Shown here: piece by piece, positions 9,744-17,297 of the stretch
Layout of the letters: the number at the start of each line of letters is the position of its first letter
Position numbering within the stretch: position 1 is the stretch's first letter
DNA from: an uncultured archaeon
GTDB lineage: Archaea > Asgardarchaeota > Thorarchaeia > Thorarchaeales > Thorarchaeaceae
Direction of reading: 5' to 3'
Assembly: GCA_964558645.1 (NCBI GenBank)
Contig: CAZLEV010000006.1
Span: 124,263-188,262, forward strand
DNA: 64,000 bases
Notes under the pieces: model-generated
The model's input: the letters and a program-made list of their open reading frames with translations, nothing else
Told to the model about the DNA's origin: nothing
Databases searched by the model: none
Position numbers and translations under genes: made by a program

Positions 9744-11897
9744 ATGACGAAAGAAGCCCGGCGTCGTCCCCGGGAGCATGCTGCGAGGGACCCCTCGGAG
9801 AAGCAACAGACAATGGATGACAGCTTTATATCGGTCACGTCAACAACGCACCACGGTACGGGTCTGAAGTATCTGACCACCGAGTTCTCCCTCTGCTCCG
9901 TTCATCGGGGGGTGAACAAGAGGGGGAAGGGAAGGGGACCAGACCCACGATTCCGAAGGGGTGAGCTTGCTGCACTCCAGGAGCGCCTCTCGGCGACCAC
10001 CGGGCGGAAGGTCAACGACATCGACCTCTCTCTACTTGGCTCATATTTCGAAACGTTTGTCTCACTGGTGAACCAGGTCCTTGAACGCGTGTATGCTGAC
10101 AAGGGACGGTTTGCGTTTCTCGGCGAGGAGCTGGCCGGTTATCCAAGGCAGGGCTATGCCCTTCTCAAGAGTGAGGATTCTGTGAGATACAGGAGTCATC
10201 CTGAGGTCCAGGAGCAGTGCTTCGAGCGGCTGTACCGCAACGCTCTGGAGCATGCTGCGCGTATCATCCAGTCCAACTGGTTGCGACGGCAGCTGATGAA
10301 GGCAGCTATCGAGTATCTCTGCGAGAACGAGAGCGACCTGACCCGGCTGCTGAAGAACCGGTATATCGCAAGCGACCTGACCAAGGCAGTTCGGGGAGCA
10401 TGTGAGTCCACGAAGAACAACGGGACCGGGTTCTACTACAGTCTCTCGGTCCTGAAGCAGCTCCGTCGAAGACTGGACCACTCGATCCTCGAGAAGCGAG
10501 GGGAACCGCTTAGCACTCGCCCCTATCAGCGGGGGAGGATTCGCAGGTATCTCAAGGAGAAACCGACAGCCAACAGCATCCTCAAGATTGCAAGAGGGAA
10601 ACTCCGTCAGTGGCACAAGAGGGGCTATCCCTTCGCCACTCCAAGGATGTACTCCCACACCGAAGACTTCTCGGCCAGCACGGAGAACTCTCCCAGTCAA
10701 GGATACTGGTACTCACAGGACTTGGAGAAGGAGAACGAGGTGCTGTTTTTCCTGAAGCTCCCTGAGCCCATGGAGGGAGAGGCACATGAAACCTCCCCCT
10801 ACAAGACCAGGACTCTTGCGTTTCGTTTCCTTGATTGGCTGCCCCGGGCCGCAAGAGAGGACAGAGCGAGGGCAGAGGAGGCCAAGGCTCAGGGCAAGCA
10901 CCTGAGAGCAAAGAAGCTTCGATTTCGAGCACGGAAATACGAGGACCAGCATGAGCAGTTGATCAACACCATCGAGCTTCAGCATGCCGTCTATCAGCTG
11001 AACAGATGGAAGAACCGCAAGAACGCCGACTCCGAGAAGCTAGCACAACTGAAGGAGAAAGTGCAGCGACTGAGAGAGTCCCGTACCTGCGGTCCACCCG
11101 CTCTCCTCTTGCGGGGTCATCGTGTCATTCTAGACATACCCTTTCTCCCACCCACTCAGGAGATGGTGGATGAAGTCCTTGGAACGCGGGAGTACACCCG
11201 CAAGGCTGGTGCTGATCGTGGCATCCGTGTACCCATCGTGCTCTCGGTGCGGAACGGTGAGGGCTACGTGGATGAGTTTCTCTCTCTGGAGGAACTGGTG
11301 AAGAAGCGCAATCTCCTCAGGCATCAGACCAAGGCACTCTCCTCACGGGTTGCTCTCATGCGCAACAACTGGGAACGTAAGCATGGCAAGGACTATTCGA
11401 GACCGGGCTCTCTCAGGAAGAAGGAGCGACATCTGGATGCTCTCTGGAAGAAGGTCCGCAGACTCGATCGCGAGATTGCCCGACAGATTGCCTCGAGGGC
11501 TGTGTGGTTCTGCGAGAGGTACGGTGTCAAGACGCTCTATTTCGAGAACCTGAAGAACTACCAGGCACCAAAGGGCTACGGGGATCTATCATGGCGGCTC
11601 TCATTCAATCTCTGGTCGCAGGTGCTTGAGGCCGTACGATATATGCGTCAGGTCCTGGGGCATCGTTTCGGTGGCGTCTGGACGGTGACTCCAGCGTGGA
11701 CCTCTCGAAAATGCCATGTCTGCGGGGAGACAGGTGTAAGGGTGGAGCGAGAGGGATCGAAAGAGGAGTACCGTGGGGGCGAATACTTCTACTGTGAGAA
11801 CTGCGCTGCATACTTCCATGCCGATGTCAATGCGGCAAGGAACATCATTGAAGTTGATATGAGACAACCCAGTGCCGTTGCTGGGAGGACGAGCTAG
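9744..11897 (+). CDS. tnpB: Large TnpB/Cas12f-like RNA-guided RuvC endonuclease (717 aa)
   Basis: RuvC-I GADRG, RuvC-II YFENL, TSRKCHVCG and FYCENC zinc ribbon, RuvC-III HADVNAARNI; GAGGTG RBS before ATG 9744. Confidence 0.9.
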   Translation: MTKEARRRPREHAARDPSEKQQTMDDSFISVTSTTHHGTGLKYLTTEFSLCSVHRGVNKRGKGRGPDPRFRRGELAALQERLSATTGRKVNDIDLSLLGSYFETFVSLVNQVLERVYADKGRFAFLGEELAGYPRQGYALLKSEDSVRYRSHPEVQEQCFERLYRNALEHAARIIQSNWLRRQLMKAAIEYLCENESDLTRLLKNRYIASDLTKAVRGACESTKNNGTGFYYSLSVLKQLRRRLDHSILEKRGEPLSTRPYQRGRIRRYLKEKPTANSILKIARGKLRQWHKRGYPFATPRMYSHTEDFSASTENSPSQGYWYSQDLEKENEVLFFLKLPEPMEGEAHETSPYKTRTLAFRFLDWLPRAAREDRARAEEAKAQGKHLRAKKLRFRARKYEDQHEQLINTIELQHAVYQLNRWKNRKNADSEKLAQLKEKVQRLRESRTCGPPALLLRGHRVILDIPFLPPTQEMVDEVLGTREYTRKAGADRGIRVPIVLSVRNGEGYVDEFLSLEELVKKRNLLRHQTKALSSRVALMRNNWERKHGKDYSRPGSLRKKERHLDALWKKVRRLDREIARQIASRAVWFCERYGVKTLYFENLKNYQAPKGYGDLSWRLSFNLWSQVLEAVRYMRQVLGHRFGGVWTVTPAWTSRKCHVCGETGVRVEREGSKEEYRGGEYFYCENCAAYFHADVNAARNIIEVDMRQPSAVAGRTS

Positions 11898-11993
11898 TCC
11901 AAGAAACAATCAGCGGCCGATTGCTCAGCCGGTATTGATCTGCATTAGATATGGAAGACGATTGGAATTGACCTATACCCATTAAGGAGTTGA

Positions 11994-12070
11994 TGGCGGG
12001 CCAGGAGGGATTTGAACCCTCGACCAACAAGTTAAGAGCCTGTCGCTCTGCCTAACTAAGCCACTGGCCC
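11994..12070 (-). tRNA. tRNA-Lys(CTT), CCA encoded, no intron
   Basis: GGGCCAG/CTGGCCC acceptor, anticodon arm ACAGG-CTCTTAA-CTTGT, T arm GAGGG-TTCAAAT-CCCTC. Confidence 0.97.
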
Positions 12071-12089
12071 ACTCGTCCGCTGTGCCTCT

Positions 12090-12119
12090 TTTTTGGTTAT
12101 AGAGGTTTCGGAATGCTCT
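12090..12119 (-). promoter_or_regulatory. tRNA-Lys promoter (BRE/TATA); right copy of 30-nt inverted repeat
   Basis: CGAAACCTCTATAA ends 26 nt upstream of tRNA 5' end; 27/30 identical to 4732-4761. Confidence 0.75.
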
Positions 12120-12180
12120 GGTTCATTGATCCGTAAGTCGGACTTACAGTTCGATGTTGAAAGGAAGTCCTCAGTCCACT

Positions 12181-13155
12181 CTACTCGAATCGACCATGCA
12201 ACCGCGAGATTATCTCCTCGGTTTCGCCCATTATCCTATCAAGTAAATCCTTGACGCTCGGGATGTCCCCGACCAGACCGACACCCTGACCGCAACTCAC
12301 GACCCCTAGGTCGGTATCTCCCTCATCGTACATCTTCTGTGCTTTGGTTCCAGCGGCAGCCTGCACGAGGGAGAATAACGATGCACCTTCAGCCTCTAGT
12401 TCGAGCACCTTCTGCGCAGCCTCATTGTTCCATATCCGGTGGGTATTCCCGATGGAACGCAAGGCTAGTACTGTATCGGTCTCCTTCGCCTCCACAAAGG
12501 CCTGTTTGAGATTGTCATGGATGGGGCACTCCTTTGTGGCCATCATCCGTGTACCCATGATTACCCCTTCAGCACCCAGTGCCAGCGCCGCCGCGACCCC
12601 TCTACCGTCTGCTATGCCACCCCCGGCAATGACAGGGATGTCCAGAGCATCAACTACTGATGGTGTCATCACCATGGTCCCTATATCCAGTTTCCCGGTC
12701 GCGCCTCCATTCTCGTATCCAACAACCGTGACTATGTCTGCGCCCAGAGAGGCCCCTTTCAACGCGTATCTCACTCCAGCACATTTGTGAATCCAGATAG
12801 CGCCACCATCCTTGAACTTGGGAACCAGGTCCTCTGGAGCCTTGTGGCCGCTTGTCTCGATGATTTCCACGCCCTCAGCCAGAGTCGCATCCACATAGTC
12901 CTCCAGCTTGTCCTGAGGCATCAGAGCAGGAAATAGGTTGATATTCACTGCAAATGGTTGGTCGGTGAGGGACTGGGTTGCTCTGATGGCATCGCGCAAT
13001 TTGTCAGGAGTGTCATAGTTTGCACTGGCTAGCACAGCGCAGGCACCAGCATTACTCGCGGCAGCTACAAACTCGGGATTGGTGATCCTTGCCATGGCCC
13101 CCACAATGATTGGATATTTGCATCGCAGCATTTCAGTTACTCTCGTCTTTATCAT
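12181..13155 (-). CDS. Nitronate monooxygenase / FabK-like flavoprotein
   Basis: YPIIVGAM, PFAVNI, IPVIAGGGIADGRG, GAEGVIMGTR motifs. Confidence 0.9.
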   Translation of the reverse strand: MIKTRVTEMLRCKYPIIVGAMARITNPEFVAAASNAGACAVLASANYDTPDKLRDAIRATQSLTDQPFAVNINLFPALMPQDKLEDYVDATLAEGVEIIETSGHKAPEDLVPKFKDGGAIWIHKCAGVRYALKGASLGADIVTVVGYENGGATGKLDIGTMVMTPSVVDALDIPVIAGGGIADGRGVAAALALGAEGVIMGTRMMATKECPIHDNLKQAFVEAKETDTVLALRSIGNTHRIWNNEAAQKVLELEAEGASLFSLVQAAAGTKAQKMYDEGDTDLGVVSCGQGVGLVGDIPSVKDLLDRIMGETEEIISRLHGRFE

Positions 13156-13377
13156 GCAGCTCACTCAACCTTTTCCTAGGGACTCTTGACAAGATTCCTA
13201 CAAATAAACTACGTCATCAGTTTGTCAGTTCAATGCGATGCAAATCTCCTGCTCGGAAGGACTGCAGAGGAGGGCTCTCTCATTCACTGGTTGCGAATCG
13301 GCTGTGTCGTAAGTCATATAACGAAGGCGAAACATGCGACATGTCGTACACAGACTCTACTGTTGGGAGTGTCCAAT

Positions 13378-14700
13378 GTGAGCAAGCACAAAAAGCGGTA
13401 TGATGAGATCTTCGATCTTTTGGAGAAGCATGACAACTGGATGAGCAATACAATCAATCTCATAGCCTCTGAGAACGTGAGTTCGCCAGCGGTGCGGTCG
13501 GCCATTGTGAGTGACTTTCGCGACCGGTATGCAGAGGGCTGGCCGGGTGAGCGAGTCTATGCAGGCTGTGTCTACATAGATGAGGTTGAGAAGCTCTGCA
13601 TCGAGATGGCAAAGGACCTGTACAATGCGGAATTTGCTGATGTACGGGCAATATCGGGTGTCGTTGCAAACCTCATGATGTATACTGCATTCATGGATCC
13701 GCTTGACCGGATGATGGCGCTCTCCATCGCTCATGGTGGGCACATCTCACATGCGCGTTCGAGTCTGGGGGGAACGGCGGGATCGATTCGTGGTCACAAG
13801 GTCAGGACGTGGGACTTCGATGAGGATGAGTTCAACATAGACGTTGATGCCAGCAAGAAACAGATCCGCGAGCTGTTCGACAGCGGCAATGAAGTGAAGT
13901 TTCTGCTGTTCGGCGGAAGCGTGTTCCTGTTTCCACATCCCGTCAAAGAGTTCCGAGAGATTGCTGACGAGTACGACATGAAGATCGGGTACGACTCGGC
14001 ACACGTTGCAGGGTTGATTGCAGGTGGGAAGTTCCAGCAACCGTTTGAGGAGGGGGTAGATGTGGTCACCGCGTCGACTCATAAGACGCTTCCCGGGCCA
14101 CAAAAGGGGTGCGTTTTGTCGCGTAAGGAATACGCCGATGCCATCAAACGCGCAGCTTTTCCAGGCCTAATGAGCAATCATCATCTCCACAACGTCGCTG
14201 GATTGGCCGTCGCCCTAGCTGAGATGGCTGAGTTCGGCGAGGATTATTCTACGCAAATCATCAAGAACGCGAAAGCCCTAGCCCAATCCCTGCATGACAG
14301 AGGATGGGAGGTCGTTGCAGAACACAAGGGTTTCACCGAGTCGCACATCGTTCTAGTAGAGGTGTCCGAGACCCCCATGAAGAACGGGCGAAAGGTGGAG
14401 GAGGAGCTCGAAAAGGCAAATATCATCATCAATCGGAATCTATTGCCCTGGGACAAGAAAGAGGGGCGGGACTACCGCAAGCCTGGCGGTATCAGGCTGG
14501 GCACAAGTGAGATGACCAGACTGGGGATGAAGGAGTCCGAGATGGATCACATAGCCGAGCTGATGACCCGAGTGGTCATGAAGGGTGAGGACGTCAAGAA
14601 GATCTCAGACGAGGTCGGCACATTCCGTGAGGACTTCCAGCATGTCCACTACGCCTTCGACACGGAGACCGAGGCCTACAAGCATCTCAGATTTAAGTAG
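13378..14700 (+). CDS. glyA: Serine hydroxymethyltransferase
   Basis: NLIASEN, RYAEG, GGHISH, STHKTLPGP, GIRLGT; start reassigned to GTG 13378. Confidence 0.97.
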   Translation: MSKHKKRYDEIFDLLEKHDNWMSNTINLIASENVSSPAVRSAIVSDFRDRYAEGWPGERVYAGCVYIDEVEKLCIEMAKDLYNAEFADVRAISGVVANLMMYTAFMDPLDRMMALSIAHGGHISHARSSLGGTAGSIRGHKVRTWDFDEDEFNIDVDASKKQIRELFDSGNEVKFLLFGGSVFLFPHPVKEFREIADEYDMKIGYDSAHVAGLIAGGKFQQPFEEGVDVVTASTHKTLPGPQKGCVLSRKEYADAIKRAAFPGLMSNHHLHNVAGLAVALAEMAEFGEDYSTQIIKNAKALAQSLHDRGWEVVAEHKGFTESHIVLVEVSETPMKNGRKVEEELEKANIIINRNLLPWDKKEGRDYRKPGGIRLGTSEMTRLGMKESEMDHIAELMTRVVMKGEDVKKISDEVGTFREDFQHVHYAFDTETEAYKHLRFK

Positions 14701-14731
14701 AGAGGTTATTAGTCCCTCCTGAGGACTCCTC

Positions 14732-15028
14732 ATGGAGATACGGGAAGCTCAGAAGATGATGCGCCGAATCTATCTTGAAAGAGATAGAGAGCGCGGTGTC
14801 GAACGGACAGTTCTACGAACGTATGAAGAACTTGCTGAGCTAAGTGAAACAATTCAGAGAGCCGGGACGCGGGATGAAATAGAGAGTGAATTTGGAGATG
14901 TGTTTGCCTGGCTCTGTTCCCTCGCGAATCTCTTGGATGTTGACCTTGAGAAGGCACTGTTGAACAAGTACAATCATGTCTGTTCTAGGTGTAGGAAGAC
15001 ACCGTGCGAGTGTATCGATACTCCGTAG
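14732..15028 (+). CDS. MazG-like nucleotide pyrophosphohydrolase
   Basis: EELAEL...EFGDVFAWLCSLANLLDVDLE and C-terminal CxxC-x3-CxC. Confidence 0.9.
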   Translation: MEIREAQKMMRRIYLERDRERGVERTVLRTYEELAELSETIQRAGTRDEIESEFGDVFAWLCSLANLLDVDLEKALLNKYNHVCSRCRKTPCECIDTP

Positions 15029-15148
15029 AATGGAGAGAGAGAACCAAACGAGTATCAATCCTCCGCGACAGCTTATCTCCAAGAGTGTAACAAAGGGTTT
15101 TTATCCACATCAGAGTCCGGAGAGGCAACGCTAGGAGACAGACAGGCA

Positions 15149-15340
15149 ATGCCAAAGACTGCCAAGAAACGTAAGAAGAAGAAAAAGGGCGAGACGCCAG
15201 TCACAGGTGGTGCCGGTCTAATCAGATTCTTCGAGGATGAAACACCCGGGATTAAGGTTGGGCCCACGTTAGTGGTAGTCTTCGCAGCAATCCTGCTCAT
15301 TGTCGTCATAATTGCACATCTGAACATCCTGTCGTTTTAG
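15149..15340 (+). CDS. secG: Protein translocase subunit Sec61beta
   Basis: Basic N-terminus, AGLIRFFEDETPGIKVGP followed by a single TM helix. Confidence 0.92.
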   Translation: MPKTAKKRKKKKKGETPVTGGAGLIRFFEDETPGIKVGPTLVVVFAAILLIVVIIAHLNILSF

Positions 15341-15413
15341 GCGGCTGGTGCTACTCCCTAACGGTTATAAAGCGCGGGAATGCCAAACGCAGACCAGAAT
15401 CTGGTGATTGGAA

Positions 15414-15695
15414 ATGAATATCAAGAGTGAGCTTCGAAAGCATTGTCCACGATGCAATACGCATACTATGCATAAGGTCAGCATATACAAGAAAGGACAG
15501 ACCAGACCTCTAGCTGAGGGTAGCCGACGAATGGACAGGAAGACTAAGGGCTACGGGTCATTTCCAAAACCAATCCAGAAGCGATTCGCCAAGACCACGA
15601 AGAAGACCATGCTTCAGTATGAATGCAAGGAGTGCGGGCATATGTTCCAGAGTGATGGAATACGCCTAAAGAAGGTCGAGATTCAACGCATCTAG
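15414..15695 (+). CDS. rpl44e: 50S ribosomal protein L44e (eL42)
   Basis: CPRCNTHT, GYGSFPKP, KTTKK, CKECG. Confidence 0.97.
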   Translation: MNIKSELRKHCPRCNTHTMHKVSIYKKGQTRPLAEGSRRMDRKTKGYGSFPKPIQKRFAKTTKKTMLQYECKECGHMFQSDGIRLKKVEIQRI

Positions 15696-16041
15696 ACCAA
15701 TCTTATTTCACGATGTCACCTCTGGCAGTTAGTTTACCGTGAATTACACAGAATGCAATCTCGATTACAAGAGATTCTTACGTCCATTAGAACGGCCAAG
15801 AGGGAAGCTCTGTCAGGGCTAGACGCTGAAATGCAGACTCTATTTCGAGTGATTGCAACCAGGCAAGAGAGATCTCGATAGTCCGCTGCCAAGGTAAGTT
15901 GATTGTGTTCGAATTTTGCCAAGCTGACTGTAACCTATGTCGATACAGTTATAATGAGAGTCATCGCCGACGATACGAAGTCCCTCCGGGATGCTCTTCT
16001 GCTATCCAAGCAGGTTTACAACGCTGTCTAATGCGGTGATG

Positions 16042-16245
16042 ATGTTGAGTAAGAAAGAAGTAGTCCAGCAACCAAGCTCGCGATTTATCCGAATCAAGTG
16101 CCTTGAATGCGAGCACGAGCAGATCATATTCGGGAGTGCCTCAACTGAGGTCAAGTGTGTTGAGTGTGAAAGAGTGCTCGCCAAGCCATCAGGCGGAAAG
16201 GCGAAGTTAGAACCGATTGCAAGAGAACTCGAGATTCTTTCGTAG
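16042..16245 (+). CDS. rps27e: 30S ribosomal protein S27e
   Basis: PSSRFIRIKCLECEHEQIIF...CVEC...PSGGKA; exact start uncertain (16039-16045). Confidence 0.96.
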   Translation: MLSKKEVVQQPSSRFIRIKCLECEHEQIIFGSASTEVKCVECERVLAKPSGGKAKLEPIARELEILS

Positions 16246-16283
16246 AATTCGGGGTCCAATTCATTGAAGGAGGATAGATTCTC

Positions 16284-17078
16284 ATGGTCTTGAAACGTAC
16301 TGAATGGCCCGAACCGGATGAGTATGTTGTGGCGGTGGCGTCCAAAGTTGCACCCTATGGCGCATATGTGACTCTCCCAGAATACGGGGACAAGGAGGGA
16401 TTCATACACATCTCAGAAGTTAGTAGTACGTGGGTCAGGAACATACGGAACCATATCCATGAGAACCAAAGGATAGTTGTGAAGGTACTTCAAGTTGACA
16501 GGTCAAAAGGCCACATTGATTGTTCGTTAAGAAGAGTATCCAGTGAGGCAAAACGAGCCAAGAATACGGAATGGAAACGTACTCAGAAGGCGGAGAAGTT
16601 CTTGGAACTGATTGCACATGAAAACAACACAGACCTCGACGATATCTATGAGAAGGTTGGTTGGCCTCTAGAGGAGCATTTTGGGGAGATCTACAAGGGT
16701 CTCGAAGCCGCAGCGGATTTGGGTTATGAGGCGCTCAAAGATGTGGATGCTCCAAAAGATCTACTGAAGCAGATTGCCGAAAATGCTGAAGCACGTATCG
16801 AGATTCCTTCTGTAGAAGTTGACGGTGAGTTGAAGATACAAGTGCCGGGGCCAGAAGGCGTCGAAGTAATCAAGTCGGCCCTGACGAAGGGACTTGATAT
16901 CGGGAAGGCTGATGAGAAATCTGAAGTAGAGATATACACTCTGGGTGCGCCAAGATACAAGCTCTCGATCATTAGTCCCGACTACAGAGAGGCGGAAGAG
17001 CTGCTTTCCGGCATTATTCAAAGTATCAGAGCTGCTATTGAGAAAGCTGAGGGTGTCTTTGAGTTCAAAAGAAAATAG
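16284..17078 (+). CDS. eif2a: Translation initiation factor 2 alpha
   Basis: S1 domain EGFIHISEVSSTWVRNIR, KGHIDCSLRRV, GAPRY. Confidence 0.97.
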   Translation: MVLKRTEWPEPDEYVVAVASKVAPYGAYVTLPEYGDKEGFIHISEVSSTWVRNIRNHIHENQRIVVKVLQVDRSKGHIDCSLRRVSSEAKRAKNTEWKRTQKAEKFLELIAHENNTDLDDIYEKVGWPLEEHFGEIYKGLEAAADLGYEALKDVDAPKDLLKQIAENAEARIEIPSVEVDGELKIQVPGPEGVEVIKSALTKGLDIGKADEKSEVEIYTLGAPRYKLSIISPDYREAEELLSGIIQSIRAAIEKAEGVFEFKRK

Positions 17079-17081
17079 GTT

Positions 17082-17258
17082 ATGAGTATGCCATATATTT
17101 TCAAATGTTCAGAGTGCGGTGAGTACACTCTCGAACGAAACAGATGCCCAAGATGCGATGGGCTCGTCAAGACCCCACATCCGCCGCGATTCAGCCCAGT
17201 GGACAAATATGGTGAATACCGAAGAAGGGCAAAGCGAAAGCAACGGGACGAAGAATAG
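17082..17258 (+). CDS. nop10: H/ACA RNP protein Nop10
   Basis: Not in ORF track (58 aa): MSMPYIFKCSECGEYTLERNRCPRCDG...PHPPRFSPVDKYGEYRR; conserved position after eIF2a. Confidence 0.95.
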   Translation: MSMPYIFKCSECGEYTLERNRCPRCDGLVKTPHPPRFSPVDKYGEYRRRAKRKQRDEE

Positions 17259-17297
17259 AAAGGGGGCGATTGGCGCTGCCAATCACCCAGAATGTTC

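Noticed and set aside
1-11993. Direct-repeat att site duplicating the tRNA-Lys 3' end
   Set aside because: Only a 7-nt match (TGGCGGG near 1379) was noticed, which is expected by chance; no integrase in the window.
9551-12000. CRISPR array or cas operon associated with the RuvC nuclease
   Set aside because: No repeated 25-40 nt units and no cas1/2/4 genes seen; only a single repeat-like segment.
13186-13377. Long N-terminal extensions in the ORF track (glyA, also 2664-3872, mvk, ubiD, rpoN, DP2)
   Set aside because: They arise from the most upstream alternative start codon; homology and RBS position support downstream starts.
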